Virus record (IMG/VR): IMGVR_UViG_3300033064_006579
Span: 32,001 to 96,000 of that record
DNA length: 64,000 bases
Source of the DNA: a virus
Reading direction: 5' to 3' (one strand)
Below, piece after piece: positions 1-8,474 of the stretch. Both the position numbers and the translations under genes were made by a program. The notes under the pieces are model-generated. The model ran no database searches, had not been told where the DNA came from, and saw only the letters and a list, made by a program, of their open reading frames with translations. Every line of letters begins with the position of its first letter. The stretch's first letter is position 1.

Positions 1-1307
1 GCTGCGCCGACATTTGCCCTATCCCACGATTTCCGAGCAGCTTGAGTAGCAGTAACAACCACAGCCTTCCTCTCTGAAGCTAATCGAGCATGATGCATCC
101 AAAGTTCGTCAACAGCGTGCCTAAACTCGCCCGAAGGTCTTTGCATGATATCTGCATAATCGGTGATTATCATGTCAGGCGTGAAGCCTTCAGTGTATTG
201 CAACACATCTAAATCACTTTCAACTTCATTCATTCCCGCAGAGAACCTCGGATAGGCCTTGAGGCGAAGACGATCGCCGTACATTTTAACAAAGCTCTCC
301 GTTTTCTTTCGAACGACCCCCAAACCCATCGTGGGCCTTTCCACCTGCTCAAACCATGTCTCTTGAATATACTCGCCAGGGCCGTCGTGATCTCGACAAT
401 AAGTGCAGATTTTATAACTCTTAGGAGTATCTTTAAAATGGACGGGTTTATCGTCACCACCCCGAAGCGCGATTTTACATGTTCTTTCTGCCAGATCGCA
501 CTCATCTACTTGGTTTAAGAGACAATCAAACCTTGGGTATATAACTTGCGGCTGCCTCTTAGAAAAGGCGATAATGTTTTGATAAAATCGCCTTTTCATC
601 CTATCCTCATCAATTTCAAAAGAGAAAAACACCACATTTCTCTTTTGCATCGCGACAAGAATGGCTAAATCCATCATCCACCAAGTCTTCCCCTTCTTTA
701 TTGGGCCTAAAACAGCCACAAAATAATTCCTCAATAAAGGGCCGCTTAGTTGCCCGAGCGGCCCTGGATATTGAAAGACAATATCGTCCCTCATATCCAT
801 TGCTTTATTAATCTCACTGGGAGTAAAGGGGTTGACCCATTTAGAAGTGGTCGCAGCAATTTTCTTATAGTTAGCAACAAGTGCATTGGCGTCACTATGT
901 CTGTCCTGATCCAACATCTCTTCAACACCTTTGGCAAGGAACCTAAGATTACACTCTTCAATATACTTAATGCTTTCGCTAATTAAATACTGTTCGTTGA
1001 TACCATTTGTAGCTTCGTATTGATCTGAAATTTGGGCAAGAAGTTTCTCAATCAACTCTTTGTCGCCACTTTTTAGTTCACCCTTATTTTTATCAAAAAT
1101 GTTTTGTATATGTGCCCTCGGCGCCTCCTTGTAAACAGAATAGTAATCTCTAATCCACCTCAAAATAACTCGAACATAATCTATATCGATGGCAGAAATA
1201 TTTACCCTACTTATCACCTCCCTACAGACGACGTTAGAAATTATCGACCCTATCAATAAACTCCTCTCTACACCACTACTAATCCGCCTCCTCTTAAACT
1301 CAACCAT
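1..1307 (-). CDS. dnaB: DnaB-like replicative helicase (3'-partial, runs off window), with Cys-rich insertion
   Basis: Not in ORF track. Manual translation from ATG 1307 (RBS GAGGAGG) is open to position 1: MVEFKRRRI..., Walker A GPIKKGKT, FFSFE, Walker B IITDYAD, VVTATQ. Lies next to primase and initiator. Confidence 0.9.
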   Translation of the reverse strand, partial: MVEFKRRRISSGVERSLLIGSIISNVVCREVISRVNISAIDIDYVRVILRWIRDYYSVYKEAPRAHIQNIFDKNKGELKSGDKELIEKLLAQISDQYEATNGINEQYLISESIKYIEECNLRFLAKGVEEMLDQDRHSDANALVANYKKIAATTSKWVNPFTPSEINKAMDMRDDIVFQYPGPLGQLSGPLLRNYFVAVLGPIKKGKTWWMMDLAILVAMQKRNVVFFSFEIDEDRMKRRFYQNIIAFSKRQPQVIYPRFDCLLNQVDECDLAERTCKIALRGGDDKPVHFKDTPKSYKICTYCRDHDGPGEYIQETWFEQVERPTMGLGVVRKKTESFVKMYGDRLRLKAYPRFSAGMNEVESDLDVLQYTEGFTPDMIITDYADIMQRPSGEFRHAVDELWMHHARLASERKAVVVTATQAARKSWDRANVGA

Positions 1308-1318
1308 TCAATCCTCCT

Positions 1319-2539
1319 CTACACAACAAGCGCTTGATCTTTGAGATACGATGGTAGGGTTTGGCTATACATAATATCTGAACAAAGCCAACCCGGAGTC
1401 ACTTTTTGAAAATTCCCGTTCACTTGAACCTCGATGGCAGAAAAAACATAATCGACCAATCTTGTAGGTATCTTAAAATCAACACTTCTTATTTGGAGTT
1501 TCTTTTTGTTGATTTCAAAGAAGTCAATCATTTCAATAGACGCCTTCCTAAAACAATTCTCTTCGTAGATTGAAAAGCTACCTTTCGACTTAATACCTCC
1601 AAAGACTCTTCTTACATATTCACTTTTAAACTTATCTGTGATTTTTGGATAGTCATCTTCGAGTAACCCAAGTTTCGATGAAAACTTTGATAAAAAATCC
1701 TTTCCTGGCAAACATTCACTAAACCAACAATTGATTTCAATAGCAACCGAATATTGCCGTATCATTTTTTTTGTATATACTGAAAACCCCTCTAAAAATT
1801 CATACAACGAAACAACATATCCTGGAGATTTTATCACGTTCTCAAACTCTGGGATTTTCAATGTATTATAGTAGTTCTCTATCGACTGGGCTATTTTGGC
1901 TTCAGAAGTTCTTTTTAACTTCTTTTTCAGAGCCTTTAAAGAATTAATACCAATTCTTGATGTTTCTTTATGTACAGTCAGTGGTTTGCCAAAACCATTC
2001 CATAATAAAAACAATCGATATTCTGCACGACTCTCTTTTCTTCTTTTAATTTTGACATGACGTTGAGGCTTTGCCTCATTCTTATTCCTTTTAGGAATAA
2101 TTGTTACATTATTTTCTTCTAATATAGTATTATGTTTAAAGTCAACCTTAGGCCTGTCTAAAGGCGTACCAGGATCCAGGCCTAAGGTTGACTTTAACCC
2201 TGAGATTTCTTGATCTAATTCAATGAGTTTATCTTCGGTACTTTTTCTATGAATTTTTTTGTAATCTGTGACTTTTAAAATTCTTTTTCTACCATCAAAA
2301 AGGACTTGTTTTATAAAATTATTTTTTTTGAGTTTGCTTATTCCAACGCTAATCGTCTGAACCGTCGACTGCATATAGATTGATAAAAAAGTATTTGATG
2401 CGAAGCACCCGTTAGGTCCATCTAACATCTCTATTAAAGCGAATAACTTTTTATCTGCATCTGTTAATTCTTTATGAAAAAGGACTTCGGCTGGTAGAAC
2501 CAAGTATTTAAGCCACAACTTATTTTTCTCATCTTCCAT
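1319..2539 (-). CDS. Phage replication initiator / replisome organizer with N-terminal winged HTH
   Basis: N-terminus ELTDADKKLFALI...CFASNTFLS...ISKLKKNNFI is typical of HTH_36-like initiators; sits between primase and DnaB; linker contains an inverted repeat. Confidence 0.7.
   Translation of the reverse strand: MEDEKNKLWLKYLVLPAEVLFHKELTDADKKLFALIEMLDGPNGCFASNTFLSIYMQSTVQTISVGISKLKKNNFIKQVLFDGRKRILKVTDYKKIHRKSTEDKLIELDQEISGLKSTLGLDPGTPLDRPKVDFKHNTILEENNVTIIPKRNKNEAKPQRHVKIKRRKESRAEYRLFLLWNGFGKPLTVHKETSRIGINSLKALKKKLKRTSEAKIAQSIENYYNTLKIPEFENVIKSPGYVVSLYEFLEGFSVYTKKMIRQYSVAIEINCWFSECLPGKDFLSKFSSKLGLLEDDYPKITDKFKSEYVRRVFGGIKSKGSFSIYEENCFRKASIEMIDFFEINKKKLQIRSVDFKIPTRLVDYVFSAIEVQVNGNFQKVTPGWLCSDIMYSQTLPSYLKDQALVV
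2136..2197. repeat. Perfect 21-bp inverted repeat inside initiator gene, candidate replication origin
   Basis: TTAAAGTCAACCTTAGGCCTG (2136-2156) / CAGGCCTAAGGTTGACTTTAA (2177-2197), 20-bp spacer, next to an AT-rich tract. Confidence 0.75.
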
Positions 2540-3461
2540 CTAAGCCAATCTCCTTCCGAAGATACATCGCCTCGCTCTCTAAGAGGTCTGCAGGATCGCT
2601 ATCGCCACTCAACTCGATCACTTCTACATGCTTAATCTCATTATATAGCGTGAGTTTTTTAGCTAATTGGTGAGCAGATTCAATCGCTCTTGGCTCTGGG
2701 TCATACATAATGAAATAATTTTTAACCCCCTTTTTTAAAAGCTCTAACACTTGGGGCGACGTATAGTTGATGCCAAAAGTAGATACCACTCCACTTCCCA
2801 TTCGCCATACATCAAGAGGGCCTTCGACAATTAAAACTGTATCTCTTTTAATAGAGTCTATGTTGTAAAGTAGGTTTCGATCGAAACCTGGTCGATTTTT
2901 ATAAGATGCGTCGACTTTTCCACTTACGTCTCGAGATGTGAAATCGACAATGATGCCAGATTTAAAGACAGGAATAATAATTCTAAACCTCCACTTGCCA
3001 AGATTAGCACAAGCTTTGATAGAATATTCCTTTATAATGGCATCGGGATGGAAGTTTCTCTGCTCTAAAAAGGAGTAATGAAGCGGAGGGAGTAGATCTA
3101 AGGCTTCGGGAGGTAAAGAAAATGGCGAATCTTCTGCCGAAACGCCAGAAGAATAAGCCTCTCGCCCTCCTCTTATACCTAATATAAGGAATTGAGACAT
3201 CACCGCCTCTGCTGCCGAGTACGAGCATTTTTCTAATCTTGAAATAAGCTTTGCCGACCCTCCTTTTTCTCGACAGATCCAACATTTAAAAACCTTACTC
3301 TCAAGATGAATACCGCAATGGTTATTACCTGAGTAATCGTGGTCGCCGCAGAATGGGCAGGTTATGCCAATCCACCCCCTACTAAGGTTCCTGCCGCCAG
3401 TCCAATACTGAATATTGCGGCTCTCGAAATATGAGATTATGTCGAAGTCTCTGCTGTCCAT
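2529..3461 (-). CDS. DNA primase (zinc finger + TOPRIM)
   Basis: CPFC...H...CWIC zinc finger; RIIIPV; IVEGPLD and YDPE TOPRIM motifs. Confidence 0.9.
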   Translation of the reverse strand: MDSRDFDIISYFESRNIQYWTGGRNLSRGWIGITCPFCGDHDYSGNNHCGIHLESKVFKCWICREKGGSAKLISRLEKCSYSAAEAVMSQFLILGIRGGREAYSSGVSAEDSPFSLPPEALDLLPPLHYSFLEQRNFHPDAIIKEYSIKACANLGKWRFRIIIPVFKSGIIVDFTSRDVSGKVDASYKNRPGFDRNLLYNIDSIKRDTVLIVEGPLDVWRMGSGVVSTFGINYTSPQVLELLKKGVKNYFIMYDPEPRAIESAHQLAKKLTLYNEIKHVEVIELSGDSDPADLLESEAMYLRKEIGLDGR

Positions 3462-3472
3462 AATTTAGGGTA

Positions 3473-3641
3473 CTGGCGGGGAGGGATTTGAACCCGCCCC
3501 TCAATATTAGCGCCAAACCCCCGGCATGGGTAGGGCATGAGGCCAGTCGTCACGCAGATCGGTTGGCCCTTCATTTGGTCCATCGTCAGACAAATCAACG
3601 CTAGGAGGTTCTTTGCCTCGTTGATAGTCAGTTCCCCACCA
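3473..3641 (-). ncRNA. tRNA-like structured RNA (~170 nt) with acceptor stem and T-arm but expanded interior
   Basis: 5' TGGTGGG pairs with 3' CCCGCCA; T-arm GGG-TTCAAAT-CCC; internal helices ATCAACG/CGTTGAT and CCTCA/TGAGG; no canonical anticodon arm. Confidence 0.5.
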
Positions 3642-3827
3642 TATATCTCCAGTGAGTTTTTGATTGACGCATTTAATACACTCCCAAAGACTGTTTTTCG
3701 ATGCTCTAAAATAATAGGCAAAGTTGCTACCTGAAGTTACCTCTGGACCAGGATATTTAATTGCACCTAATTTTTCTCGCACCTTTTCAAGCTCATCTAA
3801 AAGATGTTTTATGTCAGCTTCTTCCAT
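3507..3827 (-). CDS. Hypothetical protein (3' part overlaps tRNA-like element)
   Basis: ATG with RBS AAAGGAGG; protein-like N-terminus. Confidence 0.5.
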   Translation of the reverse strand: MEEADIKHLLDELEKVREKLGAIKYPGPEVTSGSNFAYYFRASKNSLWECIKCVNQKLTGDIWWGTDYQRGKEPPSVDLSDDGPNEGPTDLRDDWPHALPMPGVWR

Positions 3828-3852
3828 ATTTATCGCCTCCTTTCAATTTAGG

Positions 3853-4082
3853 ATGCTGGCGGGGCAGGATTTGAACCTGCACGGGCTACAATACCATCCC
3901 ATCTTGGCAGCCCGGTTGTTCCCCTCACGCCCTTCTTTGGAAACACCCGAACCTGTGAGGGGCCTGCGTCTACGCGATTGGCAAGCCTAATGAAGACGGT
4001 TCATGAGCGCCGTCTTCCCACCTCTGAGCTACACCCACGTCTTGCCAATCCCCTACTTCAATGTTCCGCCACCCGCCAGCAT
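3853..4082 (-). ncRNA. Large class II (Leu/Ser-type) tRNA-scaffold RNA (~230 nt) with hairpin insertions
   Basis: 11-bp terminal stem ATGCTGGCGGG/CCCGCCAGCAT; D-arm halves TGGCGGAA...GTAGACGC; variable arm GGGCTGC/GTAGCCC; perfect T-arm GCAGG-TTCAAAT-CCTGC. Confidence 0.7.
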
Positions 4083-4084
4083 AA

Positions 4085-4300
4085 TCACTTATTTTTTTCT
4101 AAAATTGCTTTCTCGTGAATATAAGTGTATCTCATCTCAAGCCTCGTCATGCGACTTTCCATTGAGATTACTTCTTCTTTAAGATATTTAATTTCATTAG
4201 AGTTTATTTGTGTTAATAAAAAACCTAAAAAGAGACTAAGTGCAAGAAAGATAATTAGTATGCCCAGAATAAGAGTATCAAATGATTTTTTCATAGCCAC
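4085..4300 (-). CDS. Small membrane-anchored coiled-coil protein
   Basis: N-terminal hydrophobic helix; RBS GAGGAG; overlaps helicase stop. Confidence 0.6.
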   Translation of the reverse strand: MAMKKSFDTLILGILIIFLALSLFLGFLLTQINSNEIKYLKEEVISMESRMTRLEMRYTYIHEKAILEKNK

Positions 4301-5634
4301 TCCTCGTCAAAATAGAGGCAAAGTCTGTGCCCAAAATGAGAAATTAAATAATAATGGCTCGGATTAAAATAATCTCTTATCGTAACATAAGATTTATCAT
4401 CGGTCGACCTCAACCCCCTGCCTATTGCCTGCAAAGTCATTACCTCACTCTTACCACCGCAGGCGTTTATGACTGTATCAAGGGATGGGATGTTTAGGGC
4501 TTTCCGAAAAACCGCAGTGGCGACGACGCATTTGATACTCTTATCTTCCATGGCGTCTTTGATCTCCATACGAATATCAGCGCCGGTACTTCCTTGCACA
4601 AAAACAAAATCAATATTATAAATACTCTTTGCCATCTCAACTATGTTCTCGCCATGCGCAATCTCTAATACGAGAATTAAAACGGTCTTTCCTCGATCGA
4701 TGTCTACAATAGCGTCAGTAATTACCTTCCTGTTCAGCGCTTTGTTCTCGACCACGCCCGTTTTGTAGACATCTCTATACGTCCTGAGCTTCTTTACGTC
4801 GTGATTCGTCGGGAGTTTAGAGATAATAATCTCCGGCTTCGAAAGCACTCCGTCCTCGACACCCTCTTGGATAGTGTATTCTTCGAGGACGGGGCCAAGA
4901 AGCCCCTCAAGAATTATCCTGTCTTTCTCCGAGTTTGGGAGGGTGGCTGTGAAGCCAAGCCTCATTGGCGCCATGCAATTCGTTAGAACCCTAGCGTACA
5001 TCCCATTGAGGGACGACATCCCCTCGTGGCACTCGTCAATAAGGATAATGTCGAACTCGTCGATGTAGGAATCGGGTTTTTTTCGATAGAATTTCTGGAT
5101 AGTGGTAGAATGGATTTTTTTAGGAAGATCTGCTCTGTGAGCTTTAACTTCTTTTGAGAATTGCGATATAGGCACATGAGTATTGCTTAGGAAAAGAACT
5201 CGCGCCGATGGGTAGCACGATAAAACACCAAGCATCTGAATTGTCTTGCCACTCGCCGTTGCAGACTTGATAACCCCACGTTGATAATTAATGGCAGCAC
5301 CTATCAAATCCCACTGGAAAGCCCACTTGCCCTCTTTGAGGTTTTTACCACTCAGATGCGGTTCTCTTTCTGGGGATAAATGATCTGCGTAGGTCTCGTC
5401 TACAGAATGAGAGATATTCTGGCGATCACAATATTCCCTTACTCTGTTGATGAATCCTGTTAAGAAAATCCCACCCTTTCCGATAAGGGATTTTTTATAT
5501 TCCTTACGGATCTTCCGGTACTGGGATTGACGGTAAAAATAGTCTGAATAGGAGAGGCATGGTTTAAGAAGCTCTCTGCCCTTCAGGATCTTAGAATGAA
5601 CTGGATCTAATATTTCAATTTCTACATCAGTCAT
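4291..5634 (-). CDS. Superfamily 2 DNA helicase (UvsW/Rad25-like)
   Basis: ATASGKT, IDECH, GFTAT, QAIGRGLR motifs; ATG 5634 (MTDVEI) preferred over the track start. Confidence 0.9.
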   Translation of the reverse strand: MTDVEIEILDPVHSKILKGRELLKPCLSYSDYFYRQSQYRKIRKEYKKSLIGKGGIFLTGFINRVREYCDRQNISHSVDETYADHLSPEREPHLSGKNLKEGKWAFQWDLIGAAINYQRGVIKSATASGKTIQMLGVLSCYPSARVLFLSNTHVPISQFSKEVKAHRADLPKKIHSTTIQKFYRKKPDSYIDEFDIILIDECHEGMSSLNGMYARVLTNCMAPMRLGFTATLPNSEKDRIILEGLLGPVLEEYTIQEGVEDGVLSKPEIIISKLPTNHDVKKLRTYRDVYKTGVVENKALNRKVITDAIVDIDRGKTVLILVLEIAHGENIVEMAKSIYNIDFVFVQGSTGADIRMEIKDAMEDKSIKCVVATAVFRKALNIPSLDTVINACGGKSEVMTLQAIGRGLRSTDDKSYVTIRDYFNPSHYYLISHFGHRLCLYFDEEWL

Positions 5635-5840
5635 AATAAACACTATAAGTAAGCATTTTAAGGGGAGGACGTTATCACTCTCTTTAAAATGCAATCGATC
5701 TGTAGCCGATTATTCATCTTCCGATTATGTAGTATAATTGGCTTACGTGGACCACCCCACGTGCCAGGCCAAAGAAACAAATCCACTACTGACTTGCTCC
5801 TCCAAAAAACAATCACCTCCTTTCTAAGTGAATTAAAGAA

Positions 5841-6085
5841 AACCGGGAGGCCAGATTCGCAGGATCTAATCTAATGCGCTTACTGGCTTGCTTTTCCAAA
5901 GTCTAATCCGGATTAAACTTCGGTGTGTGACAACGGTTAAAGCCGAAACCGCCCGGATATGTAGACATTCATATCCGACTCAGCGATCAATGGCATTGTA
6001 TCTATTTCTTTCCAAATATGTATGGCGCCTTAGTTGACAAGAAAAGAAATAGAGAAGGTTACACACCACCTACAAGCTCCCGGTT
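5841..6085 (-). ncRNA. Large structured RNA (~245 nt) with tRNA-like 3' end
   Basis: Terminal stem AACCGGGAG/CTCCCGGTT; internal helices GGTGTGT/ACACACC, TCTATTTCTTT/AAAGAAATAGA, CGGATATG/CATATCCG; T-arm-like GCCAG...CGAAT-CTGGC abutting the terminal stem; no long ORF. Confidence 0.55.
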
Positions 6086-6219
6086 AAATGTTTAAATTAA
6101 AAACGTGCCCGCTCCGCTCAAGGCCCCTAAGACCGGCGGAATGGGTCTCGCCAAACCGGATGTAATTTTTGGCGTCGACACAACGGGCACGCAGCGACAA
6201 AAGGAGATAAATATGAAGT

Positions 6220-6275
6220 GGGTGGTGGAGGAGGAAAAAGGATTAAAATTCGAGGCAAAACCTCCTCCACCACCC
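6220..6275. repeat. Perfect 15-bp inverted repeat at the predicted transcript 5' end
   Basis: GGGTGGTGGAGGAGG (6220-6234) / CCTCCTCCACCACCC (6261-6275). Confidence 0.85.
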
Positions 6276-6284
6276 GACATTTAT

Positions 6285-6312
6285 ATTATAATGGAGGTTT
6301 ACTGAATTTCAA
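6285..6312 (-). promoter_or_regulatory. Sigma70-type promoter upstream of the structured-RNA cluster
   Basis: TTGAAA-16 bp-TATAAT on the minus strand; predicted +1 near 6278. Confidence 0.65.
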
Positions 6313-6317
6313 AAAAA

Positions 6318-6932
6318 TCATTGTCCTCCAAATGCGCATCTCAGCTCCTTGACTGCACTACTTATTTCTGCCCAAGGCCATTTCCACGTCAACCTTATGG
6401 CTGCAACAATCGAGCAAACTGAAATCTCACCATGCTCGCCGCTGGCCTCATCTGGTGAGCGAAGGACAAAATAAACTATTGCTCTCGCCTCGGAAGAAAG
6501 ACTCTCTATTTTCTCCCATAACTCTAATCGTTTTTGTTCCAAAGTAAGAGATCGATCTAAATCTTGGATCGAGTCCAAATAGCCTATTGGATAGTTAATC
6601 GCATCTGCCAAACCTTCGCATGCTTTAGCAGAGGGCTCTATACTCGGAACAAAATAACTTTTAGGAGGCTTTCTTCTTCCACGCACCCTAAGATTTCGAG
6701 GACACCACTGCGGAATAAACGGAAAACTTTCGATTCTTTCCGCTCCAAGTCCTTTGGCAAAAAGCGAAGGGTTTTTACAAAAGGCTCCATCACCCTCGAT
6801 TACACACCCTTTCTCTTCATGAAGACAGAACCCTTCGGAATCTGGACAACATAGGCAAGTATTAGCCTCCACTTTTAATCTTCCATCGTCCCACCCCGCC
6901 CGCCGCCTCCTAAACTCGATTTTTACCTTCAT
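6318..6932 (-). CDS. Hypothetical protein, Cys-rich N-half, possible C-terminal HTH
   Basis: RBS GGAGGAG; translationally coupled to upstream ORF. Confidence 0.65.
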   Translation of the reverse strand: MKVKIEFRRRRAGWDDGRLKVEANTCLCCPDSEGFCLHEEKGCVIEGDGAFCKNPSLFAKGLGAERIESFPFIPQWCPRNLRVRGRRKPPKSYFVPSIEPSAKACEGLADAINYPIGYLDSIQDLDRSLTLEQKRLELWEKIESLSSEARAIVYFVLRSPDEASGEHGEISVCSIVAAIRLTWKWPWAEISSAVKELRCAFGGQ

Positions 6933-7138
6933 CTCCTCCTCTTTTTTATCTTCACTTCTTCGCCGCAGGCTTCGTTCTTAGGATCGAAATCGAATTGGCC
7001 ATCCCAAGAAATCTTTGGAATTTTGTTTGCAATGAGGATTTGACAACATTTGGAACAACAAATAATATCTATTTTCCCATCCTTCTTGCTATCTAAAGTA
7101 GATAGCTCGACACCTTTGCAACAAACACAATAGGCCAT
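6929..7138 (-). CDS. Small Cys-rich protein
   Basis: RBS GGAGGT; CVCC...CCSKCC. Confidence 0.7.
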   Translation of the reverse strand: MAYCVCCKGVELSTLDSKKDGKIDIICCSKCCQILIANKIPKISWDGQFDFDPKNEACGEEVKIKKRRR

Positions 7139-7152
7139 TTTTACCTCCTTAT

Positions 7153-7293
7153 TTATCTAAATAGTCTTCCCAAAGCTCTGCCAGTCGCCCTTCCAACAAG
7201 ACGCCTGGCAATTCTCTTGCCCACCCGACCCTTACTAACAGCGTTGACATCGCCAAGGAGTCGGGCAATGAAATACAAAATTGATCTGATCAT
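7153..7293 (-). CDS. Small basic protein (46 aa)
   Basis: Manual translation MIRSILYFIARLLGDVNAVSKGRVGKRIARRLVGRATGRALGRLFR; RBS GGAGGAG. Confidence 0.7.
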   Translation of the reverse strand: MIRSILYFIARLLGDVNAVSKGRVGKRIARRLVGRATGRALGRLFR

Positions 7294-7309
7294 TTTTTAT
7301 TCTCCTCCC

Positions 7310-7678
7310 TCAAAATCCGTAATCTTTCAACTCCCCTCGCTTGCGCATCTTGGAGACTTGCCGAGGCGTGACAACACGATTAAATTTACTATTCAACTCC
7401 TCGGCGATCTCGGCGTTCGTTTTGTGAGAATGTTTACCGAAATTTTCCTTTTTACTTTGCTTCATATTGGCCTCTTTTATCTTCATCATTTTGCACGGCT
7501 TGTAGGAACACTCTTTACAAGGATCGCAACGAGTCGCAACGAAAAGACCTTGAAAGGCCATAAAGCCAGAATCCAATTGATTCGACTTCGCAAAAGACTC
7601 TGCAAGCTCGCATCCTGAGTCCCATCGAACCATAGCCATAAACCTCAGAAAATCATTAGTATTCTTTATTTCGTTCAT
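7310..7678 (-). CDS. Hypothetical protein with Cys cluster and C-terminal HTH-like segment
   Basis: RBS AGGAGG; TNAEIAEELN...RQVSKMR. Confidence 0.7.
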   Translation of the reverse strand: MNEIKNTNDFLRFMAMVRWDSGCELAESFAKSNQLDSGFMAFQGLFVATRCDPCKECSYKPCKMMKIKEANMKQSKKENFGKHSHKTNAEIAEELNSKFNRVVTPRQVSKMRKRGELKDYGF

Positions 7679-7910
7679 AATACATTTCCTCCTTTTTTGA
7701 TGTTTGATTTAACCTCTCAAATCAAAGGGTAACCGAAGTCGCCCTTATCTTTCAAAAATTAAATCATTTCTTTTTAAATTTGGACTTGCTCCCGCCAACC
7801 CACCGCTCTTCACAATGGCGCCTACTGATTTCAGCCCTGGCGAGAGCAAGATTTTTACATCATCTTCTATGACTATTCAGAGTCAGCCTCCGGTTCGGAA
7901 TAAAAACGAT

Positions 7911-8363
7911 CTAAGAATACCAGTGCAAATACCCAAACATGACTTTTACAGAATATTTCTTTGCAAAATAGTCAATAACACCTTTATAAACCTCTTCAAA
8001 TTTTTTCATTGAAAATTCTACCATTTCTTTAGTTATTTCTACCATAGGCAACCTCTCGTCGATGAAGGTGTCACTATCACCCACCAAATTTCCAATGGCA
8101 TAAATAATCGGCGAACCATGATCTGCCATTTGATCCATCCCTTCCCGCAAAAAATCCTCAAACTCATCTGGAAGGATGTTGAAGAGAGATTCTGTATATT
8201 CTTCAAACTCATTGCTTTGCTGTAAAACAGCTCCACAACTGTTGCAAAATTCTCCTAACTTTCTCCCGTGTTCTGGACAAAATAGGTCTTGGCTTCGCAC
8301 TTTCTTTCGGCCAACATCTATTGCCAAAAATGCTCCAATATAAATATTATGATCGACTCCCAT
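7911..8363 (-). CDS. Hypothetical protein with zinc-ribbon-like motif
   Basis: RBS GGAGGT; CPEH...FCNSCG. Confidence 0.75.
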   Translation of the reverse strand: MGVDHNIYIGAFLAIDVGRKKVRSQDLFCPEHGRKLGEFCNSCGAVLQQSNEFEEYTESLFNILPDEFEDFLREGMDQMADHGSPIIYAIGNLVGDSDTFIDERLPMVEITKEMVEFSMKKFEEVYKGVIDYFAKKYSVKVMFGYLHWYS

Positions 8364-8474
8364 TTTCTACCTCCTTTGTAATAAGGTGGCGGGCTGGATT
8401 TCACCATGTCGGCCGCAGTCTCTTATTTTTTGCGACAACAGCAAATAGGACCACCCTAATGGTTTAATTTTCTA

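Noticed and set aside
3473-4082. tmRNA or ordinary tRNA genes
   Set aside because: No G3:U70 alanine identity in the right orientation, no tag reading frame, no 7-nt anticodon loop and no free CCA end.
7183-7270. Apparent hairpin ncRNA
   Set aside because: Falls within a credible 46-aa CDS (7153-7293) with a good RBS.
8383-8420. Further tRNA-like 3' end (GGTGGCGGGCTGGATTTCACCA on plus)
   Set aside because: Too degenerate; no convincing 5' partner strand, so not called.
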